A DNA stretch of 64,000 nt, from NCBI GenBank assembly GCA_963749405.1, contig CAVVMY010000016.1, forward strand, positions 16,414 through 80,413, in the 5' to 3' direction. The notes below the pieces were generated by a model. That model made no database searches and was not told the origin of the DNA. It saw only the letters and a program-made list of their open reading frames with translations. Shown here one piece after another: positions 10,949 to 19,694 of this stretch (position 1 is the stretch's first letter; each line of letters starts with the position of its first letter). This DNA comes from Candidatus Altiarchaeales archaeon (lineage in GTDB: Archaea; Altiarchaeota; Altiarchaeia; IMC4; QMZM01). A program made the translations under genes and the position numbers.

Positions 10949-11362
10949 TTATCTGTATGATTTCTGTCTTCTGTGTCTGGGTCCTTTGCTGCTCTGGCTT
11001 GGTTTGTGTGTTTCTGTCAGCCTGTGGTCTCCTGCTATTAATGTTCTTTCGTATTGGTGGTATCTTGCCAGGAGTTCGTCGCTTTCGCTGTAGTCCACTA
11101 GGGCTCTTGCTATGGCAGATGCAACGGCATCGGATTGTCCCATGACTCCTCCGCCGGTTACGTTGGCGTTTATGTCAATCGTGCTTATATCAAGGAATTC
11201 TGATGCCAAGAGCAGGGGTAGGCGTATCTTTTCCCTTGCTATCGGAGGCTGGTATACGTCGAGTGGTATGGAATTGACCCGGACGGTGCCTTTTCCTTCG
11301 GCGACTGTTGCTCTGGCGATGCATCTTTTTCTTTTGCCTGATGAGTGGGCTAGTTTTTCCAT
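10949..11362 (-). CDS. rps9: 30S ribosomal protein uS9
   Basis: SGKRK..IARA, GGGVMGQ, C-terminal QKSYR. Confidence 0.95.
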   Translation of the reverse strand: MEKLAHSSGKRKRCIARATVAEGKGTVRVNSIPLDVYQPPIAREKIRLPLLLASEFLDISTIDINANVTGGGVMGQSDAVASAIARALVDYSESDELLARYHQYERTLIAGDHRLTETHKPSQSSKGPRHRRQKSYR

Positions 11363-11365
11363 ATT

Positions 11366-11806
11366 TTAGAATTTTCCTCCTATTGCTTTGCATAGTTCGG
11401 CGACTGTCATCCCGGAAACTTGCTTGCGCTGGCTTTCGAGTCTCTCTATCTTTTCTGTTTTTACGTCTACGCCGTGCATTTTCTTTATCTCTTCCGCAGG
11501 CACGCCCATGTAGACCATGATTCTTGCAAAGGCTTCTCTGCCGCGGTATTTGTGCCAGGGCACCATTCCGCGTATGGCTCTTCTGACGTATTTATCGGGC
11601 CTTTTCTCGTGGTTCGGTCCTTTCAGAGGGCTTCCGATGTTCCTTACTTCCAGCCACTGGAGTTCTTTGTGTAGTATCATTTCCTTGTCTCCGGATAGCA
11701 TGGCTTTTTCTGCGTTTATTACTATAACGTTCTCTCCTAATAGGGCTTGTTTTGCGACAAAGCTGCAAACCCTTCCTAAGACAAGTCCTTCTGCATCGAC
11801 TATCAT
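11366..11806 (-). CDS. rpl13: 50S ribosomal protein uL13
   Basis: DAEGLVLGR, NAEKA, RRAIRGMVP. Confidence 0.95.
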   Translation of the reverse strand: MIVDAEGLVLGRVCSFVAKQALLGENVIVINAEKAMLSGDKEMILHKELQWLEVRNIGSPLKGPNHEKRPDKYVRRAIRGMVPWHKYRGREAFARIMVYMGVPAEEIKKMHGVDVKTEKIERLESQRKQVSGMTVAELCKAIGGKF

Positions 11807-11810
11807 TTTT

Positions 11811-12176
11811 TTAACCGATTAATTTGAGATTTGATCCTTTTGGGTTCTTTTTCATTAGGTCCTTTATGGACATCATTTTTCCGCCTGTTTTCTCTATTTT
11901 CTTTTTGGCTTTTTCTGAGAATTTGTAGGCTGCTATGTTTATTTTGTGGTCTAGTTCTCCGTCTCCGAGAACCTTTCCAGGGACTACCACGGTTTCTCCG
12001 TCTTTGGTATACTTTGATAGCTTCCACATGTTCACTTCTCTTCTGTTCCTGCCGGACCTTGATAGCTCGTCTGCAAGAGTCCTCCATATCGCCGCGTCTT
12101 CCTTGTTCGCGGACTCTTTAAGCTCCCTTATCAAATCCAGCCTTGTGGGGTCTTCGTATTCAACAGTCCTTGGCAT
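11811..12176 (-). CDS. rpl18e: 50S ribosomal protein eL18
   Basis: VVPGKVLGDG, FSEKAKKKI, NPKGS; conserved operon position. Confidence 0.95.
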   Translation of the reverse strand: MPRTVEYEDPTRLDLIRELKESANKEDAAIWRTLADELSRSGRNRREVNMWKLSKYTKDGETVVVPGKVLGDGELDHKINIAAYKFSEKAKKKIEKTGGKMMSIKDLMKKNPKGSNLKLIG

Positions 12177-12295
12177 TTTTCCCTAAAATCTTGAATCTAA
12201 AATTTAACTTATCGTTCAGTGGTCCCAGGGGGACCACACTTCTTTCTTTTTTCCGTCAACGCTTTTTTCTTTCTTCCCAAGAAAGAAAAAAGGGT

Positions 12296-12436
12296 TGCGG
12301 GGGACGAGCTTCGAACTCGCGCAGACCTTCGTCACACGACCCTCAATCGTGCCCCTTTAGCCCACCGCGTCCCAATTTGAATATGAATAGGGGGTTTTTA
12401 AGACGCCTGTGTTTGGCCAGACTCGGGCACCCCCGC
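12296..12436 (-). tRNA. tRNA-Leu(GAG) with a 56-nt D-loop intron (12357-12412)
   Basis: Acceptor GCGGGGG/CCCCCGC; anticodon arm CACGA-TTGAGGG-TCGTG; long variable arm; GTTCGAA T-loop; bulge-helix-bulge AAA/GGCC:GGCT/AAA. Confidence 0.9.
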
Positions 12437-12444
12437 GTGTGTAT

Positions 12445-13053
12445 TTATTTTTTTATTGCTTCTTTGAGGTCTTCGATTTTTTTGTTGAATATGTCGAATG
12501 CGCTGTCTATTAGTTCTGGTAGTTCTAGTTGGTTGAATGTTTCTATGAAGTAGTCGAAGCTTCCGTCTTCTTTTTGTTCGTATGATGCTAGGCCGGCTTG
12601 CCATTTCATGTGTTTTTTGCCTGTGCCTAGTTCTGCTCTTGCTTCGAATTTTATGCTTTGTTCTGGTGTGATTTTTGCTATGGGTATTTTGTCGTGTACT
12701 GGCGTTATTTCCGGGTCTGTGGATTTTAGTTCTCCTGAGTATACTGTGCCTGGGCCTTTCATGTCTAGGGTGAGTGTGACTGTGCATTTTGCGCATCCTT
12801 TGCCTTTGCATGTGCATTCTTCTACGGTGTTGTAGGTTTTTAGGTCTGTTTTTATCGGCGTCAGGCCGAGCCGTAGTGAGAGTATTTCGTCGTTTAGTAT
12901 GGACGAGTTCTCGTAGTAGGTCACGGACTCTATTGCCATCGTCGGTATTTCTGATATGACGATGCGTCTTAGCGCGTTTGCCAGGGCCAGGTCCAGTCCT
13001 GAGACATTGAACCTTACCTTGTTTTCCGTTGCTTCGATTATGTTTAATTTCAT
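12445..13053 (-). CDS. rpoD: RNA polymerase subunit Rpo3 (D)
   Basis: ANALRR, EIPTMAIE, NSSILNDE, GKKHMKW. Confidence 0.95.
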   Translation of the reverse strand: MKLNIIEATENKVRFNVSGLDLALANALRRIVISEIPTMAIESVTYYENSSILNDEILSLRLGLTPIKTDLKTYNTVEECTCKGKGCAKCTVTLTLDMKGPGTVYSGELKSTDPEITPVHDKIPIAKITPEQSIKFEARAELGTGKKHMKWQAGLASYEQKEDGSFDYFIETFNQLELPELIDSAFDIFNKKIEDLKEAIKK

Positions 13054-13080
13054 TCTGTGAGGCTATTATGTTAAAAGGAT

Positions 13081-13746
13081 TTATACTCTTCGACCTCTTT
13101 TGCCGCCTTTGGGTCTGCATCCGCCGAATGGCAGGGGTGTTACGTCTTCGATTCTTCCGATGACTAGGCCGCTTCTGGATATTGCTCTTATCGCTGATTG
13201 GGCTCCTTTGCCGGGGTATCTTGGTCCGTTGTGTCCGCCTGGGGCCCGGACTTTTATGTGTAGGCCGGTTATTCCTTTGTCTTTTATGTCTTCTGCTATT
13301 CTTAATGCGGCCTGCATTGCTGCGTAGGGCGATGCTTCTTCTCTCTGGGCTTTGACCATCATGCCTCCTGATTTGATGCTCAGAGTCTCGGAGCCTGTTA
13401 TATCGGTTACGTGCAGGATTGTATTATTCTTGGATGAGTAGATATGCAGTACGCCCCATAGCTCTTTGAATTTTCTGATCTGAGGCGCCCCTGCGGGAAT
13501 GACTTCTGTTGTCGCTCCTGTCTGAGGTGTTGTGGCTTCTTCGGTTTTGACTTCTTCTGAGGCGGCGGTTTCTTCTGTTTTTGTCTTTTCTTTTTTCTTT
13601 GTTTTTGACTTGTCTTCTTTTGATTCCTTGGATTCTTCTATTGGCTGAGTAGTGGCTACTGCCTTCTTTTTTGAATCTGATTTGCCCTCTTCTGTTTCCT
13701 TATCCTGCTTCTTTCGGGGCTTCTTTTGCTTGGCTTCCTTCTCCAA
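13081..13746 (-). CDS. rps11: 30S ribosomal protein uS11 with ~90-aa charged N-terminal extension
   Basis: [31 protein letters not shown] start preceded by AAGGTGATC SD. Confidence 0.92.
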   Translation of the reverse strand: MEKEAKQKKPRKKQDKETEEGKSDSKKKAVATTQPIEESKESKEDKSKTKKKEKTKTEETAASEEVKTEEATTPQTGATTEVIPAGAPQIRKFKELWGVLHIYSSKNNTILHVTDITGSETLSIKSGGMMVKAQREEASPYAAMQAALRIAEDIKDKGITGLHIKVRAPGGHNGPRYPGKGAQSAIRAISRSGLVIGRIEDVTPLPFGGCRPKGGKRGRRV

Positions 13747-14242
13747 CGTTGATCACCTTGATTTTTTCGCTTATTTTGTCGCTTATCTTTATCAGGTCTT
13801 CCTGGTTCTTTGGCACCGGGTACTTGGGCACTGCGATTGCATTTTCTCCTACGATCACGTGTCCGTGCACTACGAGCTGTCTTGCCTGTTTTGGTGTTCT
13901 GGCCAGTCCTTTCTTGACAACCAGTGTCTGAAGTCTTCTGTCCAGTATGTTTTCGACTGTGAGTGCAAGTACGTCATCCAGTGACCTGGAATCCAGTATG
14001 CCCAGAGTGTTTAGTTTGTCTAGGAGTTCTTTCTTGTTTTTTTCCACCGATTCCCCGCTTGAAGCAAGAAGGGCTCTCGCCTGTCCGCGGTATCCGCTAA
14101 GCGCGGTCTTTGCACGCCATATCTCGCGCTTGTTCTTGAGGCCGTATTTTCTGACAAGATCGTTTTCTTCCGTGATCCTCTCAGCTCTCCATGGGTGCGT
14201 TGGCCTTGAATATCTCCTGCGGGGTCTTCTTGGGTCTCCCAT
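13700..14242 (-). CDS. rps4: 30S ribosomal protein uS4
   Basis: [30 protein letters not shown]. Confidence 0.95.
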   Translation of the reverse strand: MGDPRRPRRRYSRPTHPWRAERITEENDLVRKYGLKNKREIWRAKTALSGYRGQARALLASSGESVEKNKKELLDKLNTLGILDSRSLDDVLALTVENILDRRLQTLVVKKGLARTPKQARQLVVHGHVIVGENAIAVPKYPVPKNQEDLIKISDKISEKIKVINVGEGSQAKEAPKEAG

Positions 14243-14260
14243 CTTGTATCCTCATTGATT

Positions 14261-14947
14261 TTATTCTTTCTTTGGCTTATCGGCTGCTGGTGCTGCTTTC
14301 GGCGCCGCTGCGGGTGCTGCCGTCTTGGCTGCGCCTCCGGCTGCCTTCGGCGCTGCGGCTGCTGCCGCTGCTGCTTGGGCTGTTTTCTTCCTGCTGACGC
14401 CTATAGCGCTTCCAGTCCTAAACGAGGTTCTTGTCCTCTGCCCTCGGACAGGTAAGCCTAGTATGTGTCTTACGCCCTTGTATGATTTTATCCTCTTTTG
14501 CCGGGTAATGTCTTCTCTTTGGGATATTTCCAGCTCGGAACCGGTTAGGTGCAGGTTTTCTCCGGTAACGTAATCCCTCTGCCGGTTGGTCATCCAGTAA
14601 GGGATTTTCTTATTGAGAGTCATGATGTTATCTTCGATTTTCGTTATTTCTTCTTCTGTGAGGCCTCCAAGCTTCACCTCTTTTCCTATGCCCATTATGA
14701 GCAGCATTGCCTGCGTAGTATTCTGGCCTATGCCCCGGATCTTGGGCAGAACCCTGTAGACTTCCTTGTTTCCGTCCAATACGACGCCGGACACCCTGAC
14801 CAGCTGCCTGAAATTAGAATCAACCTTCTTTTCCTCGGCCTTCTTCTCAGGGGGCTTCCCGGGGTGAACTGGTTTCTTATCCGGCTGCTTCTCTGGCTTC
14901 TTTTCTACCTTCTCGTCGACTTTGGGTGCTCCTTCCTTTTTTTCCAT
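14261..14947 (-). CDS. rps13: 30S ribosomal protein uS13 with K/E-rich N- and Ala-rich C-terminal extensions
   Basis: IRGIG, SYKGVRH, GLPVRGQRT; likely ATG at 14947. Confidence 0.93.
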   Translation of the reverse strand: MEKKEGAPKVDEKVEKKPEKQPDKKPVHPGKPPEKKAEEKKVDSNFRQLVRVSGVVLDGNKEVYRVLPKIRGIGQNTTQAMLLIMGIGKEVKLGGLTEEEITKIEDNIMTLNKKIPYWMTNRQRDYVTGENLHLTGSELEISQREDITRQKRIKSYKGVRHILGLPVRGQRTRTSFRTGSAIGVSRKKTAQAAAAAAAAPKAAGGAAKTAAPAAAPKAAPAADKPKKE

Positions 14948-15241
14948 TCTAAAGAGTCTTAAGTTATGGTACTCAGTCTTTATAAGCCAGCGCAGCGCAT
15001 CACACCACTCTATAGAAAAAACTTCCACAGACGGGAAAACGCCCTCGCCAGCCCAAAAAGACTGACTCAACCTCGAAGAATATTATAATGTATTAGGTCA
15101 TTAAAAATACTCCCAGCCTTCAAAACCAACCAATTCCCTCCCCTTCAGTGGCCCAACAAGGGCCACCTTCTTTTGCCAGCTTGCGCTGGCATCCTTGCGG
15201 ACTTTGGGGGTGAAGACATCCCTTCTTTGAGAAGGGAGGCT

Positions 15242-15329
15242 CGCCGAGGATGAGATTCGAACTCATGACCCCCTCGCGGAGAACGGGCTCTCAAGGCCCG
15301 CGCGTTAAACCGTGCTCTGCCACCTCGGC
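15242..15329 (-). tRNA. tRNA-Ser(TGA)
   Basis: GCCGAGG/CCTCGGC acceptor, G discriminator; CGGGC-CTTGAGA-GCCCG anticodon arm; long variable arm; GTTCGAATC. Confidence 0.93.
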
Positions 15330-15373
15330 ACCTGTAATGAACGTGAGTGCCGAGATGCCGACATTCGTCGTCA

Positions 15374-15451
15374 CCTCGGCGTTGTGAATGAACATGAACA
15401 ACGCTGAGACGCCCGACCCGTAGGTCGGCTGCGCCTCGGCGTTGTGAATGA
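15374..15451. repeat. Exact 18-bp direct repeat CCTCGGCGTTGTGAATGA (15374-15391, 15434-15451), each closing a hairpin
   Basis: Read directly; a third degenerate copy overlaps the tRNA-Ser 5' end (from 15323). Confidence 0.85.
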
Positions 15452-15490
15452 GGAGTGCGTTATATTCGCGTCTTCCGAATATTTTTTTGT

Positions 15491-16117
15491 ATGATTGTTC
15501 CTGTTTTGGGTTTGGGTGATGTGTGTAATTGTTATATCGTTTATGGCAAAAAATGCGTGGTTATAGATGCGGGTAATCCGCGTCTTGTTTTTGAGAAGCT
15601 TCGGGAGTTAGATATTGGTATCGATTATTTATTAACTACCCATTATCACCATGATCATGTTTCCGGGCTTCCTTTTTTGAAGGATAATCTGGGCGGCGTC
15701 GTAGCTGTGCATGAGGCTGATGCTTCTGCTTTGGAGGAGGGCGATACCAGCCAGGTACTGTCTTATCTTTTTGACCAGAAATGCCCTAAAGTCGCAGTTG
15801 ATTGGAAGCTTAAGGAGGGGGACTTGGTCGATCTGGGTGGTTTGGTTTTGGAGGTCATCCATACTCCGGGGCATACGCCTGGCGGGATCTGCCTTTATGA
15901 GCCGGCTTCTAAGTCTCTTTTTTCGGGGGATACTGTGTTTGCTGATGGCGTTGGCAGGACTGATTTTGCCGGCGGGAGTTTCCCTGATTTGAAAAAGTCA
16001 GTTGAGAAGCTCATTAGGCTGCATAGGGAGCGGGGTGTGGGGACTGTTTATCCGGGACATGGGCCTCTTTTCGGGGGTGATGATCTGGAAGGGATTTATG
16101 AGGCGTCTTTTGGATAG
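15491..16117 (+). CDS. MBL-fold metallo-hydrolase
   Basis: THYHHDHV, HTPGHTPG, FSGD, YPGHG motifs. Confidence 0.9.
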   Translation: MIVPVLGLGDVCNCYIVYGKKCVVIDAGNPRLVFEKLRELDIGIDYLLTTHYHHDHVSGLPFLKDNLGGVVAVHEADASALEEGDTSQVLSYLFDQKCPKVAVDWKLKEGDLVDLGGLVLEVIHTPGHTPGGICLYEPASKSLFSGDTVFADGVGRTDFAGGSFPDLKKSVEKLIRLHRERGVGTVYPGHGPLFGGDDLEGIYEASFG

Positions 16118-16122
16118 TTAAA

Positions 16123-16680
16123 ATGGACAAAATCTTTACATTAAAGGAGATACTTACAATAACTGGAACTATTACGGGTATATTTACAGCAATTTTTACA
16201 GGGGTATATGCATTAATTGTTGCTTCTGAGTATGCTAAAAAACCTCGGCCATCTCTTGAAGGTTTTGTTAAAAAGACGTTTAAAGGACAAACAAGCTACT
16301 TCCTCAAAGTTTCTGTGAGCGGATACAGATTCCTTTTTATAAAGTTCAAAGCAGACAAGGATGCCAAGGATTGTAGGGGGATGCTGAAATGTTCTAACGT
16401 CCTGCCAAACACTTTAAATCTCAATTGGAATGGCACCCATGGAAAAACCACGGTGAGTATAGAACCTGATGAATACGAATTAGTTGGTCTTTTCTATAGA
16501 GATAAGAATGCAAACGAAGTCTCCCCTTTTGCTGACAGTATTGGGGAGTTACCCCCTGCAAAACTAGCGCTTGAAGGCGGGATAACAATTAGTGTGAAAT
16601 CGACAAATGCAGGCACAGTAACTATTAGAAGAAAAATCAGCGACATAATAAAGGAATCAGTTGAGGTGAAAGATGCCTAA
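16123..16680 (+). CDS. Hypothetical protein with N-terminal membrane anchor
   Basis: Hydrophobic N-terminal helix; lower-GC islet. Confidence 0.6.
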   Translation: MDKIFTLKEILTITGTITGIFTAIFTGVYALIVASEYAKKPRPSLEGFVKKTFKGQTSYFLKVSVSGYRFLFIKFKADKDAKDCRGMLKCSNVLPNTLNLNWNGTHGKTTVSIEPDEYELVGLFYRDKNANEVSPFADSIGELPPAKLALEGGITISVKSTNAGTVTIRRKISDIIKESVEVKDA

Positions 16681-17422
16681 ATGCCCCGTCTGTAATAAAG
16701 AAGCCCCTTGCCACTGTACCCAATGTGGGCGAGAATTTTGCAAAGGCCATAGTAGGATACACGAGTGTAGCGACACATCTCAAAAAGGAGATGTGGATTT
16801 TATCCGGCATTTAACGGCAGAGATAAAAACACGAGATATTGTTTTTGAATATTTTGAGTTAGCAAATAAGTCGCAAAGATATGGAATGGATTATTTGAAC
16901 GAGGTAGATGCTAAAGTTGAGGCGCTTCTTCAGAAAGTCAAGGATAAGCAAAATATCCCTTTTAAAATTAGATACGTTGATAATGATCCGGCATATCCTG
17001 AGAACATAGCAATTGTAAGAGATTACGAGTTACAGAGCGAAGCATATGGTGAATTGCGAGAGCATGCGCAATATCTTCTTCGTTTAGATAAAGATGTCTA
17101 TCGAAATTTTTGTGCAAACAACAAAGTTAGCATAGAGGGGTCATTAATTGTTAAAATAGAGGGTAAAATCGTATGGTATGAGCTTAGAGGCCATATGGAC
17201 TGGGGAGTTCCATGGTTTTTGTATAAAGTTCTCTTTTTTGGGAAAGATGCTATAGAGGCGTTAATTAAGATTTCATTTTATAAAAAATCACAGGAACTAA
17301 GGAATCTGAAAGAACACAGTGCAAGCATTAGGGGGATAATGCTAAGTGATAAATCATGCCACGACCAAAAATTTAGAGGAGAAACAGAATTGCTGAAAGA
17401 TTCATGGCATCGCAAATACTAG
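16673..17422 (+). CDS. Hypothetical protein with N-terminal AN1-like zinc finger; probably continuous with the next ORF
   Basis: CPVC...CTQCGREFCKGHSRIHEC. Confidence 0.6.
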   Translation: MPKCPVCNKEAPCHCTQCGREFCKGHSRIHECSDTSQKGDVDFIRHLTAEIKTRDIVFEYFELANKSQRYGMDYLNEVDAKVEALLQKVKDKQNIPFKIRYVDNDPAYPENIAIVRDYELQSEAYGELREHAQYLLRLDKDVYRNFCANNKVSIEGSLIVKIEGKIVWYELRGHMDWGVPWFLYKVLFFGKDAIEALIKISFYKKSQELRNLKEHSASIRGIMLSDKSCHDQKFRGETELLKDSWHRKY

Positions 17423-17793
17423 TGGATGGACTACCCAAAACAGAGGTTGAGGTTGGTAAAAACTTCGTAAGCGGGGCATTAAGCATTCATAGAACGGCTA
17501 AATATGTCAGCGAAATGAATCAATATAAGCGGAGTATGCTGAAAAAAATAGATTTGCTATATGAAAAAGGGGATGAGATTTGGATAATAGAGGCAAAAAA
17601 CAGCCTCATTGACAAAAATAATTACAAAGCATATACTGCGATAGGTCAAGTCCTTTCATATGAAAAACTCTATAAGGAGGATAATCCGGCAAATACTAAG
17701 AAGATAAGACTAGGAATTGTTTGTGGAATAGGAATAGACCCCTTCATAGAAACCTGTTGTAATTCCCTTGGAATCATGGTTTTTAAATTTTAG
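17404..17793 (+). CDS. PD-(D/E)XK nuclease domain (NucS/Mrr-like)
   Basis: IDLL...IIEAK...AIGQVLSY motif. Confidence 0.7.
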   Translation: MASQILVDGLPKTEVEVGKNFVSGALSIHRTAKYVSEMNQYKRSMLKKIDLLYEKGDEIWIIEAKNSLIDKNNYKAYTAIGQVLSYEKLYKEDNPANTKKIRLGIVCGIGIDPFIETCCNSLGIMVFKF

Positions 17794-17931
17794 CCCAAAA
17801 GTGTATAGTTATTAAGTGATAACAAGTCGTTTAATGCGTTCTGTGGTGTCAACGACATCACAAATCTCGTTTCGGGGAATCAGGAGTTACAAAGAACTGA
17901 AGGGGCGGTAGCCCCTGCGGTTCGGTGTGTT

Positions 17932-19656
17932 ATGAGAATTGCTGTTATTGACAGGGAGCGTTGCAAGGTCAGGATTTGTGGCCTGCAGTGCAAGAAATGC
18001 TGCCCGATGGTGAAGACCGGGAAGGAAACGGTTATCGTGGATGAGGAGAGCGGCAAGCCTATAATCGTCGAGGATATGTGTTCCGGCTGCGGCATCTGCG
18101 TTAAGAAGTGCCCTTTTGACGCTATCCAGATAATCAACATCGTCGAGGAGGTTGGCGAGCCGATCCACCAGTATGGCGTCAACGGATTCCGTTTGTATAA
18201 TCTGCCTACCCCTAAAGAAGGGGTTGTCGGAATTGTTGGAGCGAATGGCATCGGTAAGACTACCATGATGAAAATCCTCTCAGGGGAATTGAAACCGAAC
18301 CTGGGCAAGGAGGGTGCTGATTGGGTGGAAGTTGTGGACAGGTTCCGGGGCAAGGAGATCCAGAATTATCTTGAGAAGCTTTCCCGTAAGGAGTTGAAGG
18401 CTGTTTATAAGCCTCAGCATGTGGATAAGATCCCTGTTCACGTGAAGGGTAATGTTCACAGCATATTGGAGAAGTCGGATACCAGCGGGCGCATGAAGGA
18501 TATCGTGGAAAAACTGGATTTAAAGAATGCACTTGATGCGAACATGAAAGAACTTTCCGGCGGAGAGTTGCAGCGTGTGGCCTTGGCCGCCTGCCTGGCA
18601 AGGGAAGCCGACGTGTACTTGATCGACGAGCCTTCCAGTTATTTGGACGTACGGGAGCGTATCAACATGGCAAGGGTCATACGCGAGATAAGCGAAGTTA
18701 CGAAGAAGTATGTCTTTGTCATAGAGCACGACCTTATAGTCTTGGATTATCTGTCTGATTACATACACGTCATATATGGCGCCCCCGGGGCATATGGTGT
18801 GATATCCAACATTAAGAGCACGCGCGTAGGCATAAACGAGTATCTTTCCGGTTATCTGAAGTCCGAGAACGTGCGTTTCAGGGAGGAGATACGCTTTGAC
18901 GTGCGGCCTCCAAAGGACCGAAAAGAAATCAAAGAGAAAATAGAGTATCCGGAATTAAAGAAGCACTATGAGCGCTTCAAACTGGACGTGGACGGCGGCA
19001 CAATAGAAGGCCCCGCGATACTGGGAATACTTGGAAAGAACGCGATCGGCAAGACCACATTCGTCAAGATGCTTGCAGGAGTGATCGAACCGGATAATGC
19101 GAAACTGGACCTGAACCTGAAGGTCTCATATAAGCCGCAGTACATCGAAGCGCAGGACGCGCTGGTCGTATCATTGCACCCGGACTCTGAACTCGTGGAA
19201 AGGTTCCGAATACGCCACCTCATGGACAGGAACATAAGCGATCTATCAGGCGGGGAACTGCAGAAAGTAGCCATCGTCGACTGCCTCAGCAAAGACGCAG
19301 ACCTCTATCTATTGGACGAACCATCTGCGTACCTTGACGTGGAGGAGCGGCTGAAACTCTCGAAGCATCTGAAAAAATACATCGAAGACCACAGGAAAAG
19401 CATACTCGTAGTAGACCACGACATAATGCTCATAGATTATTTGTCCGATCAGCTCATGGTCTTCTCCGGAGAAGGAGGAAAAAGCGGACATGCGACTGCG
19501 CCGATGGATCTGCGAAGCGGGATGAACACGTTTTTGAAGGATATGAACACGACCTTCCGCCGCGACGCCGAGACAAAGAGACCGAGGATAAACAAGCCGG
19601 ATTCGGTGAAGGATAGAGAGCAGAGGGAGAGAGGGGAGTATTATTATGTGGAGTGA
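17932..19656 (+). CDS. abce1: Ribosome recycling ATPase ABCE1/RLI
   Basis: N-terminal Fe-S Cys motifs; two ABC domains (GANGIGKT, LSGGELQ twice). Confidence 0.96.
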   Translation: MRIAVIDRERCKVRICGLQCKKCCPMVKTGKETVIVDEESGKPIIVEDMCSGCGICVKKCPFDAIQIINIVEEVGEPIHQYGVNGFRLYNLPTPKEGVVGIVGANGIGKTTMMKILSGELKPNLGKEGADWVEVVDRFRGKEIQNYLEKLSRKELKAVYKPQHVDKIPVHVKGNVHSILEKSDTSGRMKDIVEKLDLKNALDANMKELSGGELQRVALAACLAREADVYLIDEPSSYLDVRERINMARVIREISEVTKKYVFVIEHDLIVLDYLSDYIHVIYGAPGAYGVISNIKSTRVGINEYLSGYLKSENVRFREEIRFDVRPPKDRKEIKEKIEYPELKKHYERFKLDVDGGTIEGPAILGILGKNAIGKTTFVKMLAGVIEPDNAKLDLNLKVSYKPQYIEAQDALVVSLHPDSELVERFRIRHLMDRNISDLSGGELQKVAIVDCLSKDADLYLLDEPSAYLDVEERLKLSKHLKKYIEDHRKSILVVDHDIMLIDYLSDQLMVFSGEGGKSGHATAPMDLRSGMNTFLKDMNTTFRRDAETKRPRINKPDSVKDREQRERGEYYYVE

Positions 19657-19694
19657 GTCCTAAAATATATCCCAGCGTTCCTATATATTTCTTT

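Noticed and set aside
9529..13120. Long alternative-frame ORFs (9529..10221, 12398..13120 and similar elsewhere)
   Set aside because: Arg/Lys-rich by-products of T-poor coding strands overlapping well-supported genes.
15146..15174. Box C/D or K-turn reading of the tRNA-trailer P4 module
   Set aside because: CTGA is not kept in the tRNA-Arg copy (CTGT) and no box C or tandem GA pairs align.
15323..15451. Mini CRISPR array
   Set aside because: Only two exact 18-bp repeats; the intervening sequence pairs with the repeat and resembles the other unit; no cas genes in the window.
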